A DNA stretch of 55,731 bases. It comes from Thiotrichaceae bacterium. Lineage in GTDB: Bacteria > Pseudomonadota > Gammaproteobacteria > Thiotrichales > Thiotrichaceae. A model generated the notes under the pieces. The model was not told where the DNA came from. It ran no database searches and saw nothing but the letters and a program-made list of their open reading frames with translations. The translations under genes were made by a program, and so were the position numbers. The stretch is taken from the NCBI GenBank assembly GCA_026988295.1, contig JALSLM010000101.1, positions 1 through 55,731 of the forward strand, given 5' to 3'. Positions within the stretch are counted from its first letter, which is position 1, and each line of letters opens with the position of its first letter. This document shows positions 10,452 through 19,724 of the stretch, in pieces.

Positions 10452-11474
10452 ATGTCAAAGGTATATGATATAGCAGTTGTTGGAGCAACAGGTGCGGTTG
10501 GGGAAGTCATGCTAGATATACTTGCACAACGCAATTTTCCAGTGGGCAAGGTGTATGCACTTGCTAGTGAGCGCTCGGTGGGAAAAAGTGTTTCATTTGG
10601 TCGCAAAAAACTCACCGTTGAAAACTTGGCAACCTTCGATTTTTCAAAGGTGCAAATTGGTTTGTTTTCCCCAGGCGGTGCAATTTCAAAAGAATATGCA
10701 CCAATAGCAGCTTCTCAAGGCTGTGTGGTCATTGATAATACCTCTGAGTTTCGCTATGACGATGATATTCCATTAGTTGTACCAGAGGTTAACCCTCATG
10801 CTGTAGCGGAATATACAAACCGAGGAATTATCGCCAACCCAAACTGTTCAACTATTCAAATGCTGGTTGCGCTAAAACCCTTACATGATGCGGCTAAAAT
10901 TACACGTATTAATGTTTGTACTTATCAGGCTGTTTCAGGCTCAGGAAAACCAGCCATTGAAGAATTAGCTAGCCAAACAGCTCAATTATTAAACGGAAAA
11001 GAGGCAGAGGTTAAAGTTTATCCAAAACAAATCGCCTTTAACGTCATTCCGCAAATTGATGTTTTTCAAGAGAATGGCTATACTAAGGAAGAAATGAAAA
11101 TGGTTTGGGAAACCAACAAGATAATGGAAGATCCTGATATCTTGGTTAATCCAACTGCGGTACGAGTCCCTGTATTTTTTGGTCACTCAGAGGCTGTACA
11201 TATTGAAATGCGCGATAGACTCAGCGCAGAGCAAGCTACTGAGCTACTAAAGAATGCACCTGGCATAGTAGTTCTTGATGACAGAGTAGACGGCGGTTAC
11301 CCAACAGCTGTGTCAGAAGGTGCCAATAATGATGCAACCTATGTAGGACGGATTCGTGAAGATATTTCTCATGAAAGCGGCCTAAACCTTTGGGTTGTTT
11401 CAGATAATGTACGAAAAGGTGCTGCGCTTAATAGCATTCAAATTGCCGAAGTTCTTATTAAAGATTATTTATAA
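10452..11474 (+). CDS. asd: Aspartate-semialdehyde dehydrogenase
   Basis: GATGAVG, NPNCST and DNVRKGAA; start moved to ATG at 10452. Confidence 0.96.
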   Translation: MSKVYDIAVVGATGAVGEVMLDILAQRNFPVGKVYALASERSVGKSVSFGRKKLTVENLATFDFSKVQIGLFSPGGAISKEYAPIAASQGCVVIDNTSEFRYDDDIPLVVPEVNPHAVAEYTNRGIIANPNCSTIQMLVALKPLHDAAKITRINVCTYQAVSGSGKPAIEELASQTAQLLNGKEAEVKVYPKQIAFNVIPQIDVFQENGYTKEEMKMVWETNKIMEDPDILVNPTAVRVPVFFGHSEAVHIEMRDRLSAEQATELLKNAPGIVVLDDRVDGGYPTAVSEGANNDATYVGRIREDISHESGLNLWVVSDNVRKGAALNSIQIAEVLIKDYL

Positions 11475-11520
11475 TCTACTAGATCGGTAATATCTTAATC
11501 ATGAAAAACAAGCATACTAG

Positions 11521-11680
11521 GAGGCTGTCTGAGAACTCGGAGTCGTAGCGAGGGGAAGCTGATTTGAGCTAGATTTTTCACCAATTTGAGGGGAATAGTT
11601 GTTCTATTCACTGAAAATTGGGAGAAAATATAGCCAAATTCAGCTTTTCCGCAGTAGACTCTCTATTCTCGAACAGTCTC
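11521..11680 (+). mobile_element. MITE family B, internal type i (160 bp)
   Basis: TIR GAGGCTGTCTGAGAA / TTCTCGAACAGTCTC; flanks CTAG/CAAG; near-identical to 52825-52983. Confidence 0.88.
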
Positions 11681-11996
11681 CAAGGAATGAAAATTTAACA
11701 AATCCATTCCTTTAAAAATAGACCTTAAGTTGTTAGAAATTGCTTAAATTCTAACTACTTCAGGTTTTTTTGTTAGTTTATGACATTAAAAGGACTATAT
11801 TCAGTTTTGATTCATCGGTTTTTTGATATAAATATCATATAGGCTCGAAAATGAGCTTTTGTTAAATAACTTTATAAATTCGGTATCAATTTTTAAAATA
11901 CCGTTTTAGATTTGAATCACATGAAGACCTTTGCAATAAGAAGTATATGAGGTAAAGAATGGATTTTATCGTTGCTAAAAAACAGGGGAATAATAA

Positions 11997-14843
11997 GTGA
12001 ATAAAAAAGCCTTGAGTCTAGCCGTGTGTATCGCTATGGCTTTACCGACAGCATCTAATGCATTGAGTCTAGGTGACATTGAATCAAATTCAAGTTTGAA
12101 TCAGCCTTTTGAAGGAACAATCAATCTACTCTCAACTAGCATTAAAGAAGCTAATTTATTAAAAGTTAAGGTTGCATCACCTGCGGTTTTTAATCGTGTG
12201 GGCATTGATAGACCTGCTTTTCTCAATAGCATCCGTTTTAGAACAACTGTTAGAAACGGAAAACCTGTCATCGTAGTTAGATCTAGCCAACCAATAAACG
12301 AGCCTTTTCTTAACTTTCTATTGGAAGTCAGCTGGCCAAATGGACAGCTTTTAAAAGAATATACGGTGCTTCTTGATCCTCCTGTTTTAGTACAGGCAGA
12401 TACCGCCATTGCCAGTAATGCGGCTGGGGTTCGTAAAGAACCAGGGAGACAAAATCAGACTTACAGTCCTCCTGCCACAACTCAGACAGCACGACAACAA
12501 CCTCGAAGAGTTGTTCGTAGTGTAGCTCCAGCACGTCAGACACAATTGCGCAGACCTGCACAACCACGTCGTACTGCCTCGTCGCCATCAAGAGTTCGTA
12601 ATTACCGCGTAAGACGTGGCGATACACTTTATAAAGTTGCTAGTAAACTAGGTTATAAAGGTATTCGCAAAGAACAAATGATGTTAGCTCTTTTCAATAA
12701 GAACAAAAAGGCATTTAGTAAACGCAATATGAATAATTTGAAGGCTGGCGCTTTATTATCGCGACCTTCTTATCAAGAAGCTAAAGCCTTCAGCTCAAGA
12801 AAGGCCAAAGCTGAGGTTGTAGCACAAGCAAGAGCTTGGAAACAGGGACGAGCTGGCAGTAGTATTGCTAAAAATGCTACTAAACCTAAAACAGTTGTTG
12901 CTTCAAATACTCCTGATAAAACAAATAATCAAGCTCGTGTAGAAGTCATGGGTGGCAACAATTCACTTAATGCTAGTTTAGCAACAGGTGGTGCAGGTTC
13001 AGCAACCCTAAAAGAATTAACTAAGCAATTAGCTTTAACAAATGAAGCATTGACTACAAGACTTAAAGAAAACAATGATTTAAAGTCACGCGTTTCAGAA
13101 CTTGAGTCCTTATTACGCCAGAAAAACAAGCTAATCACACTGAAAAGTGAGCAATTAGCAAGACTACAGGAAAAGATGAGGGGCGCTGGCATATCAGCTC
13201 CTGCACAAACAAACACTGCAGTATCTACGATTGACTCTATTGCTGACAACGAAGGTACCGATATTCAACAACAAGTAGCTATTGAGCAATCCAATGAGCG
13301 AGGAGAAATTATTCGTAATAACTCTGATCAATTGGCAATGGTTACGGATAGTGCTCCAATTACGAATACAGCAGATACAGAAGACACAGCTTCTAGTCCC
13401 TTTAAAGATGACTCTACTTCATCTGAAAGTGACTCACTTGATATTATGGGCTTACTAAGCTCACCTGCTGCTATGGGTGTTGGTGGAGGTACTTTACTAG
13501 CTCTATTGGGCGGACTCTGGTTTATGCGCCGTCGCAAAGACTCAGATTCAGAAGAAGGCTACGAAGATTTTAGCTCAATCGAAATCGATAATGGAATGGC
13601 AGATATGACGTTTGATGATTCTGCACTAGCAAATTCATCAGATCCAGATATACAATCTTTTGACTCACCATTTGAAGAGACAGAACTAGATTCACCTGAT
13701 ATTGTTAAAAATGAAGCAAATTCTAAAGATGAAATTACTAAAGGTAATGAGCAAGAAGATATTCTGCAAGAAGCTGATGTATATATTGTTTATGGCTTAC
13801 ATGATCAAGCCGAGTCGGAATTAAAACGTGCTATAGATGAAGATCCTAATAACCTAGCATATCGTGCCAAACTTCTCGAAAACTATAAGGCAGCTGGCAA
13901 TAAAGAAGCATTTGAAGAAGAAGCTAATGCCTTTATGAAGTTAGATATTGATGGTAAAGATGCTTATTTAGATGAGATCGCAGCTTGGGGCAAAGCATTG
14001 TTGCCTGAAAGTAAGTTATTTGATAGCAATACATTGAAAACTGCGGGTGCTGCTGGCGTTGCCATAGTTGCTGGAACAGCATTAGCAAATGAAAAACAGT
14101 CTGCTGATACTGATACCTCAGAACAACTAGATTTAGAAAATACATTGGCTGATGAAAAGCTATCTGAGCTTGATGAAGAACTTGAGAACTTGAATCTTGA
14201 TGAAATTTTGTCAGAAGAAACAAGTGATGATAGCGAGTTACTAGGGGATGACCTTGGTATAAATTTTGATGATATAGATGACCTAGAAAATATTGAAATT
14301 GGTGAGACTGGCTCAGATGACCTCCTTGCTTTAGGAGAAGAAGAGCTAGAAAAAGAAATATCAGATGAAGATTTCGAAATTGAAATGGATTCAACTGAAA
14401 AACTATTGGAATCAGTTAAAAATGATGAGATTGATTTCCTTGATTTAGACAATGTTGAATCAATCGCAGACACTGATATAGACACAAAAGTTGATGCTAC
14501 TGATACTACTAATCTTGATGCTGCAAATCTTAACCTTGATCTAGATTCAAATGATTTTGAAAAGATCATGCCAAAAGATAATGCTTACAAAAAACAAGTC
14601 TCAAGCGAACTAGAAGAAGATAATCTACTCGCAGATTTTGATGATAATCTTTCTTTTCTTGATCTAGATGATGATTCTGAAGTCATTGAAGAAACACAAA
14701 TCGAAACTAAACTCGATCTTGCCAGAGCTTATATCGACATGGGCGATATTGAAGGAGCACGTAGCACACTGGAAGAAGTATTACAGGAAGGTAGCGACGA
14801 GCAGAAACGAGAAGCAGAAGATTTACTTCAGCAAACTGGGTAG
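11997..14843 (+). CDS. fimV: FimV/HubP polar landmark protein
   Basis: N-terminal LGDI..S.LNQP..EPFLNFL..YTVLLDPP, LysM (YRVRRGDTL), coiled coil, TM segment, acidic region and C-terminal TKLDLARAYIDMGD. Confidence 0.95.
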   Translation: MNKKALSLAVCIAMALPTASNALSLGDIESNSSLNQPFEGTINLLSTSIKEANLLKVKVASPAVFNRVGIDRPAFLNSIRFRTTVRNGKPVIVVRSSQPINEPFLNFLLEVSWPNGQLLKEYTVLLDPPVLVQADTAIASNAAGVRKEPGRQNQTYSPPATTQTARQQPRRVVRSVAPARQTQLRRPAQPRRTASSPSRVRNYRVRRGDTLYKVASKLGYKGIRKEQMMLALFNKNKKAFSKRNMNNLKAGALLSRPSYQEAKAFSSRKAKAEVVAQARAWKQGRAGSSIAKNATKPKTVVASNTPDKTNNQARVEVMGGNNSLNASLATGGAGSATLKELTKQLALTNEALTTRLKENNDLKSRVSELESLLRQKNKLITLKSEQLARLQEKMRGAGISAPAQTNTAVSTIDSIADNEGTDIQQQVAIEQSNERGEIIRNNSDQLAMVTDSAPITNTADTEDTASSPFKDDSTSSESDSLDIMGLLSSPAAMGVGGGTLLALLGGLWFMRRRKDSDSEEGYEDFSSIEIDNGMADMTFDDSALANSSDPDIQSFDSPFEETELDSPDIVKNEANSKDEITKGNEQEDILQEADVYIVYGLHDQAESELKRAIDEDPNNLAYRAKLLENYKAAGNKEAFEEEANAFMKLDIDGKDAYLDEIAAWGKALLPESKLFDSNTLKTAGAAGVAIVAGTALANEKQSADTDTSEQLDLENTLADEKLSELDEELENLNLDEILSEETSDDSELLGDDLGINFDDIDDLENIEIGETGSDDLLALGEEELEKEISDEDFEIEMDSTEKLLESVKNDEIDFLDLDNVESIADTDIDTKVDATDTTNLDAANLNLDLDSNDFEKIMPKDNAYKKQVSSELEEDNLLADFDDNLSFLDLDDDSEVIEETQIETKLDLARAYIDMGDIEGARSTLEEVLQEGSDEQKREAEDLLQQTG

Positions 14844-14904
14844 TTGATCAAAAACAAAGTAAAAAGTTTGTAAGAGTAGGCATGTAATATCCGCCCTATC
14901 ACTT

Positions 14905-14941
14905 ACACAAAAAAGCCAGAATTATTCTGGCTTTTTTGTGT
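14905..14941. terminator. Bidirectional intrinsic terminator after fimV
   Basis: acacaaaaaagccagaat-t-attctggcttttttgtgt perfect inverted repeat with A/T tails. Confidence 0.85.
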
Positions 14942-15060
14942 CTATCACTTGTAGAAATAACACTGCAACTTTAGATATTCCAACAAGCTTGCTTTGATCG
15001 ACTCAGAGAGAGTCCTTAAAAAAAACCTGATCAAGTTATTTCATGTGCGTCCCTAAGCCC

Positions 15061-15225
15061 AATTAAAAACTCTGTGACTCTCTATAAATAATATAAAAAG
15101 AAGGGGGATGGGTATCTACAGACACTATCCGTTAGCATAATTTACACCCAATAAACTATTGCACTTTATCGAATTACGCTATTGCTAATTCAACATACAG
15201 AAATACAAACTCAAGCCACTATCGG
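15061..15225 (+). repeat. Degenerate composite repeat (ctctgtgactctct + family D + GTAG REP remnant)
   Basis: D motif ends at 15114; REP remnant 15168-15198; same modules as 44795-44960 but in a different order. Confidence 0.6.
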
Positions 15226-15233
15226 CTGGCTTA

Positions 15234-15394
15234 TCCTGAATTCGTGAGGCTACTACGGCATGATGAACAAGTTATTGATTCCATAGCGGCTTAAAAAATA
15301 CCTGCTTAACCTATGGGTGAAGCTAAGATTTCTTAATTCCACTGTGAAACCAATACCTTATCCCTCATATCTGCTTAATCTCACGGATTCAGGT
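15234..15394 (-). mobile_element. MITE family A, full length (161 bp), inverted
   Basis: tcctgaattcgtgagg...tcacggattcaggt; TTA/TTA flanks; interior is the reverse complement of 3181-3344. Confidence 0.82.
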
Positions 15395-15430
15395 TTATTA
15401 TTACACCATTGTTTAAACGGCAATCCTTAT

Positions 15431-17662
15431 TTATCCCTTAACAGAGTAAGCTTTTGTAACTTCTTGAACTGCTGCATAGGAATAATACTGTTGATCATAC
15501 TCTGGATTTACTTCTCGGCTGATACGTGTAATTACACTACCAATTAGGTTTGCGTTAGCACGCTCAAGACGTTTTAGAGCATCAAGTAGTTTTGCTTTAC
15601 GTGTTTTACCTGCTTCTATGGCAACGATAGTGGCATCTGACAAATTAGAAATAACCAGAGCATCAGCTAAACCAAGCACAGGAGGTCCATCAATAATAAT
15701 ATGATCATAGCTATTCCGAGTAATACTCAATAACTCGGTCATTTTAGCACTAGAAAGCAATTCAACTGGGTCTGGTGGAATTGGACCAGATGTGACTACT
15801 TTTAAGTTTTTAATCATGCTGGAATGGCTAATATCACTATTCACTGCTTGAGGATCAGCAAGATAATTTGTTAATCCTTCCGTATTATCAATTTCAAGCA
15901 GTTTGTGCACACTAGGATTTCTTAAATCAGCATCAATAAGCAAAACCTTGCTGCCTGCTTGTGCGTAGGCTATTGCCAAATTGATAGCTATTGATGTTTT
16001 ACCTTCTCCAGGCGCAGAACTAGTGATAAAAATACTCTGTGGCGCACCATTGCGCGTAGAAAAACGTAAACTAGTGCGTAATGAACGTATAGATTCTGAA
16101 AGTGCTGAGCGTGGCTTTATGGCAGCTTGAAGAGCTACTTCCTTATACGTTTTGACTTTAAGCTCTGGAAGCTGTGATAGTACAGGGAGACCTGAAATTT
16201 TCTCAAGCACCTGGCTATCCTTGATAGAGTCATCAATAAACTCGCGTAGGAAAGCTATACCCATTCCCAACAGAAGCCCCAGCAATAATCCAAATACTAA
16301 ATTGGTTTTAAGGCTAGGTTTGTATTTTTTTGTTGGTGGACTAGCTTTATCAATAATCGTAATGTTATTTGTTCCAACATTACTTGCAACATTAACAGCC
16401 ATGAGTTGCTCTAGCTGTTTATTGTAGGCAATCTGATTAATTTCTACCTCTCTACGTAAACGATTAAATTTAGTACTTTTAGACTGTTGCTTTAATGCCT
16501 TGATTTTGAGTTTATCAAGTTGTAAGCGTAGCATTTTTTCTTTTTGTTGTGCTTCCAGAAACTTGCTTTTAAATGATAGCTTGATAGATTCTGCTTCTGT
16601 AGCGATTTGACTTTGCAAGCCTTCAATCTCTTTCTTTAGATTACGCGCTGAACGAGAACGTTTATTCCTAATGGTCTGGTATTTAGCCTGTAATCGAGCT
16701 GATGCTTTTTTAAGAGAAAGGATATAGGGATTATTAATGATAGAGGCAGCGTCTGCACTTGGATCATTTTTATATATTTCATAGGTTGCTTCTGCTTCTA
16801 TTCTTTCTTTTTCTGCAACTACTAGTTCTTCAGCCTGCTTTTTTAAGGTATGTGTGCTGGTTGATTCTCCATCAGGTCCTTGTACGATATTATTTTCTTT
16901 TGCATACGAGTTAAAGCGTTGTTCTGCCTCTTCAAGACTCTTGCGTGTCACTTCAATATTATCGGTAACGTATGTTTTATAAGATGAAGCTGTATCAAAA
17001 CGTCGTTCCAAGTTTTGTCTAACAAATGTTTTTGCAATTGCGTTGCTAATATCTGCGGCTAATTGTGGATTTGAGGAATCATAACGAATACTTAGAAGTT
17101 GTGAATTACTAATTGGTTTGACAGTCAAGTTTTCAAGAAAAATATCTTCCATTGATTCTTTATCATCTTGATCAGAGGCTGAGTTGGAACCAAGCATAGT
17201 TTTTAATTTAGAGAAAAACCCAGTCGGGGTAGCTTTTTTATCCAAACCCAGTTGATCAATAACTCTTTGTGCAAGCGCTTTAGTTTGTATTAGTTGTATT
17301 TGTGTTTCAAAGAAGTCTCTGTCACTACGAGAGGCTTCTGCATTAAGTATTTCAACATTTGCATTAGCAACATAGCGTTCTACTTTAATAGTAGAATAAG
17401 CACGATAAACAGGCTGCATTAATAAGGTAATTAATACTGCAAGTAGCATTGTCGCTAGTGCTGTTGCCATAACCAACTTTTTACGTCGACTTATTACCGT
17501 TATAAATTCACGTAGGTCTAGCCCACCTGTAGTTTCCAACAGTTCTTCAGGATAAACATTGCTAGGGTAATTAATTAGGTTGTTGTTACTAGTGTTAGTT
17601 GAATTATTTGACTCCAGAGAATCTGAGCGCATAGGTAGGTTATTTCTAGAATCTGAATTCAT
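15431..17662 (-). CDS. wzc: Polysaccharide co-polymerase/tyrosine kinase (Wzc/GumC type)
   Basis: Two TM segments around a coiled-coil periplasmic region; Walker A SSAPGEGKT, LIDADLR, IIIDGPP; Tyr-rich tail YDQQYYSY. Confidence 0.92.
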   Translation of the reverse strand: MNSDSRNNLPMRSDSLESNNSTNTSNNNLINYPSNVYPEELLETTGGLDLREFITVISRRKKLVMATALATMLLAVLITLLMQPVYRAYSTIKVERYVANANVEILNAEASRSDRDFFETQIQLIQTKALAQRVIDQLGLDKKATPTGFFSKLKTMLGSNSASDQDDKESMEDIFLENLTVKPISNSQLLSIRYDSSNPQLAADISNAIAKTFVRQNLERRFDTASSYKTYVTDNIEVTRKSLEEAEQRFNSYAKENNIVQGPDGESTSTHTLKKQAEELVVAEKERIEAEATYEIYKNDPSADAASIINNPYILSLKKASARLQAKYQTIRNKRSRSARNLKKEIEGLQSQIATEAESIKLSFKSKFLEAQQKEKMLRLQLDKLKIKALKQQSKSTKFNRLRREVEINQIAYNKQLEQLMAVNVASNVGTNNITIIDKASPPTKKYKPSLKTNLVFGLLLGLLLGMGIAFLREFIDDSIKDSQVLEKISGLPVLSQLPELKVKTYKEVALQAAIKPRSALSESIRSLRTSLRFSTRNGAPQSIFITSSAPGEGKTSIAINLAIAYAQAGSKVLLIDADLRNPSVHKLLEIDNTEGLTNYLADPQAVNSDISHSSMIKNLKVVTSGPIPPDPVELLSSAKMTELLSITRNSYDHIIIDGPPVLGLADALVISNLSDATIVAIEAGKTRKAKLLDALKRLERANANLIGSVITRISREVNPEYDQQYYSYAAVQEVTKAYSVKG

Positions 17663-17739
17663 ATTAAAAATCTTTAGTTTATAAAAAAATATAGGGTTTA
17701 GAAGTATACACTTAAAGCAGAATTTAGCTGTTTAATCTT

Positions 17740-17772
17740 ACCTGAATCCGTGAGGTCAATGCGGATTCAGGT
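17740..17772 (+). mobile_element. 33-bp miniature family A element
   Basis: acctgaatccgtgaggtcaatgcggattcaggt flanked by CTT/CTT. Confidence 0.75.
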
Positions 17773-17831
17773 CTTAATTATTGGGTTACATTATTTCGCT
17801 ACAAATCAATAAAAATACTATCCTGTTTTAA

Positions 17832-17987
17832 GGAAACCTTGGTCAAGTCCAATTATTTTTAGCTTGCCAAATCCGCCGATATTTCCCATGAAGATCGACG
17901 CAATAGAATGACTATTACGTCTCACTTCATGAAAAATAGCGACAGATTTTTCTGCACTAAATTCTAATCGACTTAATCAGGTTTTCC
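17832..17987 (+). mobile_element. MITE family C, full length (156 bp)
   Basis: Ends GGAAACCTTGGTCAAGTC / GACTTAATCAGGTTTTCC; TTAA/TTAA flanks (IS5-like); internal hairpin; further copies at 35653, 38305 and 55599. Confidence 0.85.
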
Positions 17988-18137
17988 TTAAGTTGATAAT
18001 CCATTTAACAAGTTAGACAAATAAAAAATAATAATATTCATGCTAATTCGCGCATCATCCTTAGTATCTATAAGTAAGAGCCTAGGTTCAAAGCAGAATA
18101 GATAAAGAACACTCTAAACCCGATGATTTACACCTAG

Positions 18138-18296
18138 GAGACTGTCCGATAACTAAGAATTGACTGCAAATCCCACAAACATCATAATCTGAGCTTATCA
18201 AATTCGTTAAATAGAGCGACTATTCGCCTCTTTTGATAAGCTCACCTTATAATATTTCTGACATTTTCGTTTCAATCCGAGTTCTCAGACAGCCTC
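18138..18296 (-). mobile_element. MITE family B, internal type ii (159 bp)
   Basis: CTAG flanks on both sides; reverse complement of 35975-36133; a further orphan B end starts at 18301. Confidence 0.88.
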
Positions 18297-18429
18297 CTAG
18301 GAGGCTGTCTGAGAATAAAAATGTCGGGCATTCTAGCAAAGATGATGATCCAGAACAATATCTTAGCTGGTCTGAAGCATTATACGCTTTTAAATCACTG
18401 CACAAGCAAAATGCACTTTTGATATATAC

Positions 18430-18448
18430 TCCTGAATCCGTGAGTCAA
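18430..18448 (+). repeat. Orphan family A terminal repeat
   Basis: tcctgaatccgtgagtcaa abutting the acyltransferase stop codon. Confidence 0.65.
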
Positions 18449-19528
18449 CTACGCCCCTAATTTAGCTCGTATCTTCTTTCTTGCGGGTTTCTCAAGATAA
18501 AGATAAGAGAGAACCGAGACAAAAATAAGAAGAACAAGAAAAATATAAAAGTGAACCGTCTCTGTCATTTGAAGCCGAGGAACAATTACTTTGTCATAAA
18601 GCCCATGTATTGGTTTTTGAAGTATATAAAGCGAATAACTGGCTTCACCAAGCAGTATGAGCCAAGGGTGACAGAGTATTTTTGCGATTAAGCCCTTATT
18701 ACTGGCTAGTAAAACAATAAATAATAGAAAAAATGGGGATAGCAAACCATTTGTATATGCAATTTTGTAATCTAAGTAATCTTCAATGTAAGGTCTAGCC
18801 CATATCAATAAAAAAATAAAAAAGAAAGAAAGGACTAACCAATAGCTATTATTTTTACTGAATTTTTGAATACCCACCTTCTTGAAATACACGCCACATA
18901 ACAATCCCATAATAAAAGTATTCAAATGCATTATTGGGTTGTAGTAAATAAAATCATGTAGCAAGGTTTTTGGTGCATAAGCTTCTGAGTTTAATAGGCT
19001 TAATAAAACAAACTGTGTAGCAATCCAGAAAATAATTGAGAATATGATCAGTGATTTCTCTTTCTGTTTATAAATCCAGATTAATAAGAAAGGAAAACAA
19101 AAATAAAAGAAGGCTTCAACGGATAAGGACCAGCCTGGTGTATTTAGTGTAATAGGATAACTAGGAAGCCAAGATTGCAAGAATAGGAGATGCAATGGTA
19201 ACGTCGCCCAGTCATCAGCCAGTGTTTTATATTTAGCGGCAACTATTATTAATAATGCAAGAAGATACACTGGATAAATGCGTGCAAAGCGTGCCACCCA
19301 ATATTTTTTCTTGCTTAATGAGGTGCGTTTATCTGCATTAGGTTGATAATAAGCAATTGCCATAATAAAGCCAGATAACACATAGAAATAACCCACGGCA
19401 ATAGGTCCAGCAGTTATATTTTCAAAAAGAAAAGAGATATTTGCTGGGAAAATATTTTGACCGTAATGAAAAAAAACTACGGTAAGTGCTGCTATAAAGC
19501 GAGTGAAAGTTATTTGATCTAATTGCAA
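18449..19528 (-). CDS. Acyltransferase family 3 (OafA-like membrane O-acyltransferase)
   Basis: R..AAL.VVFFH, FYVLSGF, RFARIYP, WSLSVEAFFY, GEASYSLY and EKP; multiple TM segments; TTG start. Confidence 0.9.
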   Translation of the reverse strand: MQLDQITFTRFIAALTVVFFHYGQNIFPANISFLFENITAGPIAVGYFYVLSGFIMAIAYYQPNADKRTSLSKKKYWVARFARIYPVYLLALLIIVAAKYKTLADDWATLPLHLLFLQSWLPSYPITLNTPGWSLSVEAFFYFCFPFLLIWIYKQKEKSLIIFSIIFWIATQFVLLSLLNSEAYAPKTLLHDFIYYNPIMHLNTFIMGLLCGVYFKKVGIQKFSKNNSYWLVLSFFFIFLLIWARPYIEDYLDYKIAYTNGLLSPFFLLFIVLLASNKGLIAKILCHPWLILLGEASYSLYILQKPIHGLYDKVIVPRLQMTETVHFYIFLVLLIFVSVLSYLYLEKPARKKIRAKLGA

Positions 19529-19680
19529 TTTATTAGGAGTTCAGTTAGTAGTGACAAGTCATTTAGGGTTTAGTTGAAGCAATAGTATCTAGCAGGGAGA
19601 AACTGTAAAAAATATTTAAAAAAATCATAAATTCAAACACCTCACTTCTCTTTCTGCACAGAATACTTCACAATCTCTTA

Positions 19681-19713
19681 TACCCATCCCCCCCCTATTT
19701 CTATATATTTTTT
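19681..19713 (-). repeat. Family D motif
   Basis: tacccatcccccccctatttc just downstream of the wcaJ-like stop. Confidence 0.8.
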
Positions 19714-19724
19714 CTATTTTTTGC

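Noticed and set aside
11682-11771. Two AT-rich imperfect hairpins upstream of fimV
   Set aside because: Weak stems and no recognisable RNA motif.
13933-14569. Long Ser-rich antisense ORFs
   Set aside because: Shadows of the Asp/Glu-rich fimV region.
14996-15056. Degenerate family C-like ends around TTAA
   Set aside because: Too eroded to set boundaries.
18233-18460. 75-aa ORF and 33-codon ATG ORF after the orphan B end as a transposase remnant
   Set aside because: No recognisable transposase motif.
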